DNA of 64,000 nucleotides from Candidatus Bathyarchaeota archaeon (GTDB taxonomy: Archaea; Thermoproteota; Bathyarchaeia; 40CM-2-53-6): contig CAWHWX010000001.1 in the NCBI GenBank assembly GCA_963833125.1, forward strand, positions 256,001-320,000. Reading direction: 5' to 3'. The notes under the pieces are model-generated. The model did no database searches and was not told the DNA's origin. It saw nothing but the letters and a program-made list of their open reading frames with translations. Numbering within the stretch: position 1 is the first letter of the stretch; every line of letters starts with the position of its first letter. Below, piece by piece: positions 40,912 to 51,288 of this stretch. The position numbers and the translations under genes are program-made.

Positions 40912-41547
40912 ATGGATCTCTTTAGTTTCGTAGTTACTGTAATTCTCGTGACAGCGTCCGGTGCGCTAGCTCCTGGGCCACTGTTCTTTGGGCTGCTGAT
41001 GCATGGGTCCAAAGAGGGCGCTCGCGCTGGGTTCTCATGTGCGGTTGGTCATACTCTGGTGGAGTTTCCTCTTGTTCTCGCCCTCTCCTTAGGATTACTT
41101 GCAGCTGCAAATCAACCGACCATAAAGGGAGTTATTGGATTCGTTGGCGGTGTGGGGTTGATCGGTTTTGGTGTGTTGCAGATCTATGACACGATCAAGA
41201 GCAAACCCGAGTTCGGCAAGATTCCGAAAAAAAGTAAGGTCCCCGCCAGCTCACTTATTCTCGGTCTTGCGTTGACGGGGCTGAATCCATACTTCATTCT
41301 ATGGTGGCTCACGATAGGTTCAGTGCTCATCGTTCAAGCTCTCGCTTTCGCGGCCATCGTAGGCGTACTCATAATGTACATTTCCCATGTCTGGATGGAT
41401 TACGCTTACCTAACCGCAATCGCCCACTTGGGCAAGAGAGGAAAAGGGTTAATCGGTTCACGATACTACAAACTCATGCTCATCGCTTTCGGTTTTATCC
41501 TAATCTACTATGGCTCCACCTTCCTCCTCAACGTCGTCAGACTGTAG
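40912..41547 (+). CDS. LysE family exporter
   Basis: SGALAPGP, GH..VE, LNPYFILWW. Confidence 0.9.
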   Translation: MDLFSFVVTVILVTASGALAPGPLFFGLLMHGSKEGARAGFSCAVGHTLVEFPLVLALSLGLLAAANQPTIKGVIGFVGGVGLIGFGVLQIYDTIKSKPEFGKIPKKSKVPASSLILGLALTGLNPYFILWWLTIGSVLIVQALAFAAIVGVLIMYISHVWMDYAYLTAIAHLGKRGKGLIGSRYYKLMLIAFGFILIYYGSTFLLNVVRL

Positions 41548-41585
41548 AGAACACACTGTGAATTCGGTACGCAGCTTTGAGTAGT

Positions 41586-42368
41586 TCAAGTCAGTCTTTT
41601 GTAGAGCTGTCCGATAATCCTAGTTGGTTTCCCCACTAAAGCCTCCACCTTCCAGCAACTTCCTTGTCGAAGGGCACAGAGCAGGACTGTGGCCGGACCG
41701 GCAGATTTCTCAAGATCTACTCCTGGCGAATCCGATAGTCTAACCGAAAGGTTGGAACCTTTCGCCATTGTTCTGGCTTCTTTAAGAATTCCCCGTGAGC
41801 CTACAGGAATTATTTCATGCACGAATGGCTTGTCGCGAACTTTTAGGATATCCAGTGGATCCGCGATTTTTCGACTCGCTGCTCCTCGCAGAACTTCTTG
41901 TCCAACATGCGGCTCACCGACAGCAACTACTTCGTCCCCCGGTCTACATCGACCTACCTTAAGCCTTGAAGCAGATACAAAACCCATCGTTGTTACTCCA
42001 ATGCCGGTCTGACTTACTTTCACGTTCTTTTCGGAGCTGGATAGGATCCGTACTTTGCGGAGCCGTGCATACCGCACTTCGTCTAACATTCCCTTGATGA
42101 TTTGGTTGCCAGTCGGTTCAGGCTCAACCGACAATGTCCCGACAATGGCTGTTGGATTAGCGCCAATTGCGAGCAGTTCCATCAGAGCCACTCTAGCTGT
42201 CATCTTCCCCACAAACCACGGACTGGCTCTAACCCTATCGTGTACTTTCGAGCCGATTCCTCCAGCCGCGTCGCAGCTCACCGCGAGCAGTCGATCCCTA
42301 CTAACTCTCAGAAGGAGCAAGTCTCTACATGTTCTGATAGACCTTGGTGCCGCAGAGGACCCGGTCAT
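41586..42368 (-). CDS. cblS: Alpha-ribazole kinase (AIR-synthase/PurM-like fold)
   Basis: RDL...SCDAAGGIGSK.HD, RVALMELLA.GA, EPTG..II.G, SSEKN..SQTGIGVT, EIIPVGSRG, KSAGPAT; ATGA overlap with the cblT stop. Confidence 0.8.
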   Translation of the reverse strand: MTGSSAAPRSIRTCRDLLLLRVSRDRLLAVSCDAAGGIGSKVHDRVRASPWFVGKMTARVALMELLAIGANPTAIVGTLSVEPEPTGNQIIKGMLDEVRYARLRKVRILSSSEKNVKVSQTGIGVTTMGFVSASRLKVGRCRPGDEVVAVGEPHVGQEVLRGAASRKIADPLDILKVRDKPFVHEIIPVGSRGILKEARTMAKGSNLSVRLSDSPGVDLEKSAGPATVLLCALRQGSCWKVEALVGKPTRIIGQLYKRLT

Positions 42369-42865
42369 GTCCTTAGTCTTCTTCTTACCGCAACGTAAAG
42401 GACTGCACCAATTGCACCGTTGACACAGGCCGCCAGAAACAGGAGCGGGATAAAGCTCAATGTGGCAGCCATGCCCAGAACTGGAATAGCTACAACGACT
42501 AGAGCCGTATTGATTGCGATGCCTGCGGCAACGGCTGGGAAAGCGTTCCATTTCCTATTGATTGTACCAACTGCGGCTCCAGCAACGGCGAGGCCCAACG
42601 CGATTGGTAGATGGAGGATTCCAAGTGGAAAACCATGGACAATCGCCGTTGCCATGTGGCCTAGCCCAAACACGCAAAAACCGTCCACGGGACCGAAGTA
42701 TAATGCGACGAAGAAGCCGGGGGCTGAATCAAGTGCGACTGTTGAGACGGGACTGGGAAGTTGAATAAAGGAACCTACGACAGACAAAGCTGCAAACACC
42801 GTTATCCGTGCGACCAGGTATGTCCGTGGTACATTTCTTGGATTGGGATTGAACATGGACTTCAC
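42365..42865 (-). CDS. cblT: Alpha-ribazole transporter, ECF-type S component
   Basis: VALDSAPGF...FGP..G....GH......GFPL..H pattern; adjacent to cblS. Confidence 0.75.
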   Translation of the reverse strand: MKSMFNPNPRNVPRTYLVARITVFAALSVVGSFIQLPSPVSTVALDSAPGFFVALYFGPVDGFCVFGLGHMATAIVHGFPLGILHLPIALGLAVAGAAVGTINRKWNAFPAVAAGIAINTALVVVAIPVLGMAATLSFIPLLFLAACVNGAIGAVLYVAVRRRLRT

Positions 42866-42873
42866 TTTAGCAG

Positions 42874-43500
42874 TTATCTTGCGCTGTTGGTTCCTCTCTT
42901 GTCGGAGAACCTTTTCCTGGCGAGATCAAGCTCGCTTGACGTGTTAACATTAAGAACTACATCACCCGAGTCGATTACGAATATCGTCTGATCCAGCTCT
43001 CCCTCGTCGATACGTCTACCGTTGATCAGGTTGATTCCGACGGGTACGAAATCCTGGCCATCAACCTTGAACAGGTACTGTGGTTTCGAACCGATTTCGT
43101 CATACACCTCAGGTTTGGCCATGACTGCCAACGCTGGTTTGCCTGAACTACGATACTTTTGCACGACTCGCTCAACGATGTCTACGGTTATGAATGGAAG
43201 GTCGGAGGAAACAACCAGAACATCGCCAAGGGAGAGTTGTCGAATAGCAAAGTGCATATCCTCTTCGAAGCCGTCACCAGGCGTAACTAGTACCTCAACT
43301 CCTAGCCTCCTGGCTTCGATGCTGGTTGATGGGGTCTTGGTGCTTGAGGCAACTACAATTCTATCTACGCTCGTCTGTTTGAGCACTTGGATTACAATTT
43401 GCAGCATCGACTTGCCTGAGACTTCTAGAAGTGGCTTCTCTACTTTGGATCCCATCCGACTTGCTCGGCCGCCCGCCATTACTAGAGCAGTCATGCCCAC
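42874..43500 (-). CDS. cobY: GTP:adenosylcobinamide-phosphate guanylyltransferase (archaeal)
   Basis: MAGGRASRM..EKPL, SSDLP, PVGIN, NVNT..EL; follows cobS. Confidence 0.88.
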   Translation of the reverse strand: MGMTALVMAGGRASRMGSKVEKPLLEVSGKSMLQIVIQVLKQTSVDRIVVASSTKTPSTSIEARRLGVEVLVTPGDGFEEDMHFAIRQLSLGDVLVVSSDLPFITVDIVERVVQKYRSSGKPALAVMAKPEVYDEIGSKPQYLFKVDGQDFVPVGINLINGRRIDEGELDQTIFVIDSGDVVLNVNTSSELDLARKRFSDKRGTNSAR

Positions 43501-44246
43501 TTCAAGAACACCAAAACCAGAATGAGCGAGATTGCCCGCGAAATCTCATTCGTAGCGCCCAGCACGTCACCTGTTATTCCTCCGAAGTGGCGATTGGACA
43601 CAGTGATCATTACCAAGGCGGTGATAATCGCGCCGATAACAACTGGTACGCCACCAAACCTCAATGACAGAAATGAAATTACAAGAATAATCACGCAGGA
43701 GAGTCCCAGACGCAAAGCGCGTTTGTGATGCATTGCGTCAACGAAAATGCTGTTCATACCCTTATGCGCAGACTTACCCATAGCTGCGGCAAGGACCATT
43801 GAGAATCCTGCAGCTGATTCCGACACGATGATGCCGGGGACAATCAAGGGTGGCGGTAAGGCAGCGATGGAGAATGCAGCTGTACCAAGAATGATTAGAC
43901 CTAAAGAGAAACCACCTGCCCCTGTTGTGGGATCGCGCATAACCCGTAATTTCCCACTCGGTGAACCATGAAACATTATCCCATCGCCGAAATCGAGCAA
44001 ACCATCCACATGTTGGGCACCATTAATGAGAAGAAGCAACCCCAACCCGATCATCCCTGCTACAAGTTGGGGTAAGACTAGTTGGAGAGCCCAGACAACT
44101 GCGCCCGCCATCAAGCCGGTTATCGCACCAATCAGTGGGAATAATGGCATGTACGACGCTGCTTGAGTGACACCGTCTCGGTCCATTCCAACTGGAATTA
44201 TCGTCAAGAAGGCGAAGGAGTTCTTCAGCCCACGCAGAATGCTCAA
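43491..44246 (-). CDS. cobS: Adenosylcobinamide-GDP ribazoletransferase (cobalamin synthase)
   Basis: FLTIIP, HVDGLLDFGDG, VMRDPTTGAGG, FGGITGDVLGATNE. Confidence 0.95.
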   Translation of the reverse strand: MSILRGLKNSFAFLTIIPVGMDRDGVTQAASYMPLFPLIGAITGLMAGAVVWALQLVLPQLVAGMIGLGLLLLINGAQHVDGLLDFGDGIMFHGSPSGKLRVMRDPTTGAGGFSLGLIILGTAAFSIAALPPPLIVPGIIVSESAAGFSMVLAAAMGKSAHKGMNSIFVDAMHHKRALRLGLSCVIILVISFLSLRFGGVPVVIGAIITALVMITVSNRHFGGITGDVLGATNEISRAISLILVLVFLKWA

Positions 44247-44253
44247 GGGGGAT

Positions 44254-44748
44254 TCATCTTACACTCTGCCGAAGAGCTTGGGAGTACATATTCGAAGAAC
44301 AGCCCGCGATAAGTCCGCCCACAGCGTCATTCATTATCGGCCCCAGTTTTGCCAGGATACCGGGTTTATTCTGGTCGAACCGAATGAATTCGAAAATACC
44401 CTTCGCACCGGCGATGTAGTTTGCAATCGTCATCCCAAGAAGTTCGTCAGTTACGAGGCCGGGACGACCCATAAATCGTTCGATGGTAAGATTCGGTATC
44501 AATCCAACCTTAGCGTCCTCCTCGGCGCGGTAGCATGCCACTACTAACGTGGAAACGTTGACATCTGTGAGAGCCTCGCGGAATTGCTCTAGGATTATCT
44601 GTGTTGCCTTTTCACTGTTTTCCACTCCAGGATGCGGAACAAACAGTACCAGCGCCGTCTCAACCAAATCCTTCAACGTGACGCCCCTTTCCTCCAGATA
44701 GCGTAGAAGTGGCGGGTTCCCGATGATTTGACCGTTCAAGTCTGGCAT
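44254..44748 (-). CDS. cobZ: Archaeal alpha-ribazole-phosphate phosphatase
   Basis: DVNV..L, DELLGM.IANYIAG.KG.FEF.RFD..KPGIL..LGP..DA.GGLIAG; precedes cobS. Confidence 0.85.
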   Translation of the reverse strand: MPDLNGQIIGNPPLLRYLEERGVTLKDLVETALVLFVPHPGVENSEKATQIILEQFREALTDVNVSTLVVACYRAEEDAKVGLIPNLTIERFMGRPGLVTDELLGMTIANYIAGAKGIFEFIRFDQNKPGILAKLGPIMNDAVGGLIAGCSSNMYSQALRQSVR

Positions 44749-44777
44749 TTGTATGACACCAACAGCGCTTTATCTAT

Positions 44778-45404
44778 ATGGCTGGATTATCCAGCCAGGC
44801 CTCCATCGTGGTGCAAAGTCTGCGGTTCAACTCGAAGCAAATCGCTTTGGTTTCCACATTTAGCGCTATTGGTGCGGCGGTCCGACTCTTAGCTAAACGA
44901 CATTGCCTCCGTCACACCCGAGCCCAGTGTACGCGTGTTGTGATCAAGTTAGGTTTAGTGAAACGCTAAGTTTTGTCAGCGGATTTATTTTCGGTCCCAT
45001 CGCGGGCTTTATCACAGGTTTTTTGATAATTCTATTGTCCGATATAGCTAGTCCATATGGGCCAGGTGCTTGGACCCCCTTCATAGCTTCCATAATTGGT
45101 TTGTTAGGAATATGTGGGGGAATCATACGCCGAATTCATCCGACGGCCAACAGTATCGGTCGCATTGGTCTCAGCCGTAGCATTGACGTTATTGAGCGAG
45201 TTTTTGCAGAATGCGTGGGTCTCGTTAACCTACAATATTCCAATCGAGGGAACAATGATTACTGGGATTTCTAGTCTCGTGACCGCTATGGCGAACAATG
45301 TCATCCTCTTCCCAACTGTAGGCCTGAAAACGATCACGTTTGTTCAAGAACATTATCTCAAGCAATCAGATCCCAGCCCGTTATCCAAACAAGTTTCAGT
45401 TTAG
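44778..45404 (+). CDS. ECF transporter S component, CbrT-like (frameshifted)
   Basis: Joined frames: IALVSTFSA...FIFGPIAGF...SD...GPGAWTPF...; divergent from cobZ across 30 bp. Confidence 0.7.
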
Positions 45405-46067
45405 GCTTCTAGAAGATCGATCAGAGTCGGTAGTTCGTTTATTGAACCTAAGAGATAGTCAGGTTCAGTTTTCAGGATCTCGTCCGATTGGAAATGGGCC
45501 AGTGGATACTGCTACGGAGAGCAAGCCTGCAGCTTTAGCAGCCATGATATCGATCACACCGTCTCCAACCAGGATCGTTGCCTCTGTTGAAACGCCCAGT
45601 TGTGCCAGGATTTTCTTAATTGGAGCGCATGCGGGCTTCATCTCTTCACAATCGTCTCTGGTGACGATGGCATCGAAAAACGGTTCAAGGTGATGCCTTT
45701 TGAGAGTTAGTTCCGTGCCGGCTCGACTGTTATTTGTTACTAGCCCAATCTTCAGATGCTTAGAATGCAGTTGCTGCAGCGTTTTCTCGGCGCCTGGGTA
45801 TATGGCAACATCCTCAGCTGCTTTAAGCTCCATTTCCTCGAAGAAGCCATAGAACGTTGAACGTAGCGTCGAGAACTTTTCTGGGTCGCAGTTATCCTTG
45901 AGCTCTTGAAGGATGACGAAGAGGTTGACTTGATCAGTCATATCGGGAGTTCTCAAGCCGAGCTTCTCGAGTTCTCCGAGCGCTCTCCGGCGGGCGGCCA
46001 TATAATCTAAGTTGAATTTGGTGATGGTTCCGTCCATATCGATTATGATCGCTTTGATTTTCAACAA
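45401..46067 (-). CDS. HAD-superfamily phosphatase (frameshift near 45480)
   Basis: DMDGT, VTNN, KP, VGDGVID; C-terminus ILKTEPDYLLGSINEL in a shifted frame. Confidence 0.88.
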
Positions 46068-46137
46068 CGACTCTTCCGGACGTTTCTGGCAAGGACTAAT
46101 AGTCGATTCCTTAAAGGTTGATGATGATTACATTGCC

Positions 46138-46718
46138 TTGGAAGGGCGTTGAACCTGCTAGGATCCATAGATTGTTCTACCCGCAAGTTCCGGTCGATGA
46201 TAACAACCGAGTTTCAGGGGCATATTGGTGGCATGCCAGCGATTTGGTGTATGTCGCTTTCATTCAACCCACCACTAGTTGGCGTGGCGATTGCGCCAGA
46301 ACACGCGACCTACGAAATGTTGATCGGCGCTCGAGCTTTTGGTGTAAACTGGCTGAACTTCTCATTCGCTAAACAGGTAGGTGAGCTGGGTGAAAACTCG
46401 GCCAATGTGGTTAGGGACAAGCTCTCCGCTGTAGGGCTTAGAGTTCTGAAGGGCAATACGACGGGTCAACCATTGATCCGAGATGCGGAAGCAGTCTTGG
46501 AATGCCGAATTCATGAACGGCACCGGATCGGTACCCATGAGTTGGTAGTTGGAGAAGTGGTAGCTGCCTCAGCAACAGAGAGCTTTACTGAGTACTGGGA
46601 TTTCTCAAAGTACAATCCCATCCTCTATGCTGGGACGGTGAATATTGGAGGAAAGAGTTGGGTGTTCAGGTCGGGTTCCGGAGAGAGAGCAGTTGTGCCC
46701 TTGAAACATGAGGTATGA
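46138..46718 (+). CDS. Flavin reductase family protein (frameshifted N-terminus)
   Basis: HRLFYPQVP, SLSFNPPLVGVAI, LEC, IGTHELVVGEV. Confidence 0.85.
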
Positions 46719-46788
46719 GAGGCGTTCTAACTACGGTTTCAGTCAGTTCTATTCCTCGTGATCATCTGTGGACTCAGGAGCAAATCAC

Positions 46789-49160
46789 TCATTGTGCTAT
46801 GCTCTTGACTAGCCGATCATAGGCACGTAGTTTCTCAAGCCCCACTTTGATACCGGTTTCGGCGTCGGAAATGGCATGTTTAGTGAAGAAATCTTCAGCT
46901 TCAGAAACCCGGCCAACGCATAAGACTGGGATGATTGACATGAATACCGTTGAGAGGAGCCCCGTGCCCTCGTATAGCTCCCGAAGTTTTCCCATATTAG
47001 ATTTCAACCATTCCCACGCCATATCCCTAACTTCAGGGTTCTTGGTAGCCGCGGATACTACCGAGATAACATCCTGCCGTTTGACTTCGCCGCTGATCGC
47101 AAAGTTCAATGTTCGCTTAACAAGTTCCTCACTAGCGAATGTTGTCATTGACTGCAGAAACTTGATGCGATCCTCATCTGACACACTTTCCCGGTACTTG
47201 CGCGTTAGACCCTCGAGATCGTTGGTTGATCTGGCATAGGCTATGGCCACGGCTAGCCTCATGTCCGGAGGAGTTTTTCCGTAGTCGTTGAATTTGCGGG
47301 CCAATGTAGCCGCGTAGTCTGGATCAATCACGGCCATCCTGCTAGCCAGCGTGCCTTCTAGTATCGAACTCTTTGCGTCAGTGCTATCCTTGAACGTTTC
47401 AAGTAAGCCGTGATGAATCCTCTTCGAAATGTCCAAGATCTTTGGTGGTATGAGACAATATAGTAAGGTGATTTGGTCTGATAACTCCTGAGCGGGTAGT
47501 GTATCGGTCTCCCTCTCGAACTTGGTCAAGGTTGTTAGGTATTCGTTGAAGTTGGTTCTTCCAGAGATGAGAAATAAGAATGCGTCGTGTATTAGTCCCC
47601 ACCGATCGTATGGTGATAGTTTGCTACGCCAGATGATCTCATCGAGGCCTTGGTAGTGGACTACGTAGAACCCGGTGCGGTCAGGGTTTATTCTCAGTGA
47701 ATTCAAATCGTCAACTACAATGTCGTAATTCGAGTCTTCCATGAGAATGCTCTTTTTCTGATTGTTTACTTCGATTATTATCGGGATTGACCATTTTCGC
47801 TTTGCTTTATCTGGGCTCCCCGAAATCAGGAACCTTTCCTGTCTTAGAGTTAGTTTTCCGTCACATTTGGAAACAGCCACTACTGGAAAGCCGGGTTGCT
47901 GTATCCAACTCGACATTATCTTCTGCACTGGCTTCTGAGACGCGCCCTCAATTGCAGACCAAAGATCATCTCCGGTTGCGTTAGCGTAAGCGTGCGCCAA
48001 GAGATATCGTCGCACACCCTCGCGAAAGCCTTGCTCACCAACGAAGCTTTCGATCATTTGGAGCACGTGAGCGCCTTTCCCGTAACTGATCGCGTCGAAA
48101 ATCTGTTCTATCTCATCAGGTGAAGTCACTTTCACTTGAATTGGGTGAGTATTCTCCGTTGAATCCTGTTCCATCGCGCCAGCCAGCGACTCGACCGAAG
48201 GCTCTCCATTGAAGAAACTGGTCCAAATTCCCCATTCAGGATGGACTGAGTCGATGGCTTTGTAGGCCATGAAGGTCGCGAAGCTTTCGTTCAACCAAAT
48301 ATCGTCCCACCACTTCATCGTGACCAGGTCGCCGAACCATTGATGGGCTAATTCGTGGGCAATGGCCATGGCGGAGCGCATCTTCAGCCTATCGCTCGTA
48401 TTCGCGTCGGCTAGAAGTAGTATCTCGCGAAAGGTGATAGCTCCCCAGTTCTCCATCGCTCCCATGGCGAACTCAGGGACAGCGATCAAATGCACTTTTG
48501 GAAGCGCGTATGGTATCTTGTAATATGAGTTGAAAAATTCGATTGCTTTTTGGGCTTCGTTTTCTGCGAAGCCTCCTAGCTTCGTTTTCCCCGGGGTGGT
48601 TGCGAGAATTATGTCTGTTTCTCCAACTTTGGTGGTTTGCGTTTGGAACTTGCCCACTCCTAGGTAGAGTAGGTATGTTGACATTCGTGGAGTCTTCTCG
48701 AACGTTACAATTTTCTTGTCGCCATCCGCCTTTTGGGAGTCTATGGGCATGTTTGAGATTGCTTCTAGATCATTGTCTATTCTCACCGTAAGTTTGAATT
48801 CGGCTTTGACGTCGGGTCGGTCGACGCAGGGAAGCATTCGCCTTGCTTGAGCAGCTTCGAAGTGAGTGGTTACAATATGCGTATTCTCGTAGGAGGCTCT
48901 GTAGATTCCGGCCAGAGAATCCGGAATACGCCCCGAATACTCCACTTGTAAGACCCCATCAAATGCCCCGCTCTCAATCTTCAAGTCATCTTTCTCTTGG
49001 CTAAATCGAAAAGTTTTCGCGTCAGAGCTAACACGAGTTATGTCTAATGCCACAGTGTTCAGGACAATATCCTGATCTGTTTTCAATTTGACGCAAGGGT
49101 TCCGTTGAACTTCAGCCTTGAAAATCCAGATCGATAAGCAAATCGTAACTTGACACTCAA
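46789..49160 (-). CDS. M1 family aminopeptidase (tricorn-interacting factor F2/F3-like); several indels in the first 25 codons
   Basis: THFEA..AR, GAMENWG, HELAHQWFG, WLNESFA, ISYGKG. Confidence 0.93.
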
Positions 49161-49304
49161 AGGATATGACCCAGCTGACCATTGAGTCGGATTTTTTCCC
49201 TAGACTTTCTTTAGACGTGTAGTGTGTTCAACCCTTGAAAATCCAGATCGATAAGCAAATCGTAACTTGACACTTCCATAGGATATGACCCAGCTGACCA
49301 TTGA
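49111..49304. repeat. Imperfect direct repeat of about 75 bp (49111-49185 and 49227-49304) covering the aminopeptidase 5' end
   Basis: CCTTGAAAATCCAGATCGATAAGCAAATCGTAACTTGACACT...AGGATATGACCCAGCTGACCATTGA occurs twice. Confidence 0.95.
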
Positions 49305-49520
49305 AGGCCTGCGCTACCTAATCTTTTTCGCACTAAGACATTTCAGAATATTAGACCGATGATAAGCGTGGGAAGATAGTTCGGTTCCGAATTTATATTT
49401 GCAGTGTTAGACGCAAACGTTTCGATTTATGCGCGAGGCTTCAGCACGGGGGTTTGCATGCCTATGTCAGTTACGTGATACGCTTAACTTCTCGTTTTTC
49501 ATTTTAGTTCACGATGAATT

Positions 49521-49844
49521 ATGTGTAACTACTGCGGCTATGGCTCGTACCCGTACGGGGCCTACTCACAATACCAGAACTATGGCTATCCATCGAACTA
49601 TGCAAGCTATCCTAGCTATTCTAGCTATCCTGGTTTTGGTAGCTATGCTGGCTACGGAAACTACGGCAACTACGGCAATTTCGGCAACTTCGGAAACTAT
49701 GGAAACTACGGTAGCTATGGACTACCTTCAGGTTACGCCTACGGTCCATCCTTTGGGTCCATGGCGTACCCAGCATACTTCGGTGCACCCGGTATTCAGC
49801 GTGGAGAACACAAAGTCGGCAACTGTCTGATGATCTGTCAATAG
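49521..49844 (+). CDS. Tyr/Gly/Asn/Ser-rich low-complexity small protein with terminal Cys pairs
   Basis: Repeat units vary mainly at third codon positions in this frame; T-rich terminator directly after the stop. Confidence 0.75.
   Translation: MCNYCGYGSYPYGAYSQYQNYGYPSNYASYPSYSSYPGFGSYAGYGNYGNYGNFGNFGNYGNYGSYGLPSGYAYGPSFGSMAYPAYFGAPGIQRGEHKVGNCLMICQ
49656..49718 (+). repeat. Seven tandem 9-bp units encoding G-N/S-Y/F
   Basis: ggaaactac ggcaactac ggcaatttc ggcaacttc ggaaactat ggaaactac ggtagctat. Confidence 0.95.
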
Positions 49845-49850
49845 GCCCAC

Positions 49851-49865
49851 CTCTTTTTTTCTTTC
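49851..49865 (+). terminator. Archaeal oligo-T terminator
   Basis: CTCTTTTTTTCTTTC starting 7 bp after the stop of the low-complexity ORF. Confidence 0.65.
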
Positions 49866-49947
49866 AAGTTTTCAATTTCGGCAGCGTTCCAGCGCAAGCC
49901 CTATAGAGCATGGAACGAGTTGAGAACACGGACACACGGCATGAAGT

Positions 49948-49991
49948 TAGCCTAGTGTATAACATAGGCTAGGCACGCCGTCTATAACGGC
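49948..49991. promoter_or_regulatory. Two inverted repeats upstream of the MFS gene (candidate operators)
   Basis: TAGCCTA-gtgtataaca-TAGGCTA and GCCGT-ctata-ACGGC. Confidence 0.45.
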
Positions 49992-50025
49992 CACCTGCCA
50001 AGAGACTCGACGGCGAAACATCCTC

Positions 50026-51288
50026 ATGAGCAACCAAGACTCACACCGCTCACGCGATGCGGGCCTCTTGATCGGCGCGATGGGTCTAAACTCCCTACCC
50101 TACGGATTCACACTCGTCGTACTGCCAATCTACCTCAGCACTATCGGATTCTCAAGCCAAGTAATCGGTTATGTGACATCAATATCTTCCATAGCCAACA
50201 CGATCGCACTCATTCCCTTCGCCATTGCAGCGGATCGATATGGAAGGAAAGTATTCGTTCTTTTGGGCTTCCTTTCAGCCACCCCAGCTTACCTCTTTTC
50301 GTGTTCACACGGGATCTCAATTCATTATTGTTAGCGAGCGCGATCGGCGGTGTAGGACTTGCTGGAGGATTCAGCGCCGCCGTATGGACACCCGCGTGGA
50401 CAGCGTTGCTGGCCGAGAAGGCCCCCGCATGAGAAGAGGACAAGAGCCTTCGCATGGTCTCAAGGGATATGGACGATTGCGCTTACCGTAGGTTCAGCAA
50501 TGAGCGTAGTCCCCTACCTTCTCCGAAGCCAGCTCCACGTAACCTTCGGGCCGTCGTTTGAGTATACCTTCCTAATCTTCGCGTTGCTTTCATCGTCTCA
50601 GGGTTGGCTATCTTGCCAATTGGCGAGAGGCGAGCAACGAGAGTAGCCTCAAATGGAATAAGTTCGAAGAGTTTGCTACATTCAAAATCCAGAATGCAAA
50701 TTGCAAAGTTCTCAGTGACTATAGGACTGGTTGGCTTTGCGTCAGGCCTTGGGATTCAATTGCTTTCGCTTTGGTTCAATAAGATGTATGGAACTAGCGA
50801 AACCGTCTTAGGGCCTTGGTTTGCAGCGGCCGAAGCGACTTCACTGATAGTCATCCCGATCGTCCCAAGACTGGCGGGGAGTTTAGGTAGTCCAAGGAGC
50901 GCGTTTCTCACCCAAGCCGCTATCGGCCCTCCTCCTGATGTCGATGATCTTTGCTCCAACCTACGAGGTCGCGGCTATGCTCTTGGTCGCGCGAAACTTC
51001 TTCATGAATGCGTCATGGCCCATTCAGCAATCATACCTCATGGGCACCGTGAGTCCTAAGGAGCGGGCGTCTGCATCAGCCATAACATATACAGTCTGGG
51101 GAGTTGGGAGTTCCATTAGCCCGATTCTGGCAGGTTACTTCCTTAGCGGTACGAGTTTCATTTCGATTTCTGCTCCCGTCGCACTCGGAGGCGCGATCTA
51201 TCTCGCTTCCTCGATTAGCTTCTACTACTTCTTCCGAAATATTGCTCCGCCAGAAGAAAAGCTGCTGTTCAGGAGAGGAACCTCTTAG
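50026..51288 (+). CDS. MFS transporter (about four frameshifts)
   Basis: Motif A AADRYGRK, WTALLAE, WPIQQSYLMG..SPKERASAS across consecutive frames. Confidence 0.85.

Noticed and set aside
41586-42551. 321-aa version of the cblS ORF
   Set aside because: The extra N-terminal 61 codons overlap cblT in another frame; the ATGA-coupled start at 42368 is more credible
44749-44777. Cobalamin riboswitch ahead of the cob operon
   Set aside because: The intergenic gap is only about 30 bp, too short for the element
49605-49718. Short tandem repeats as a CRISPR array
   Set aside because: 9-bp units without spacers, codon-phased inside an ORF; no cas genes
49429-49830. 133-aa Thr/Ala-rich alternative-frame ORF over the 9-bp repeats
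   Set aside because: Repeat variation is mostly synonymous only in the GNY frame, so this frame is a by-product; a TTTATA box does lie at about 49392
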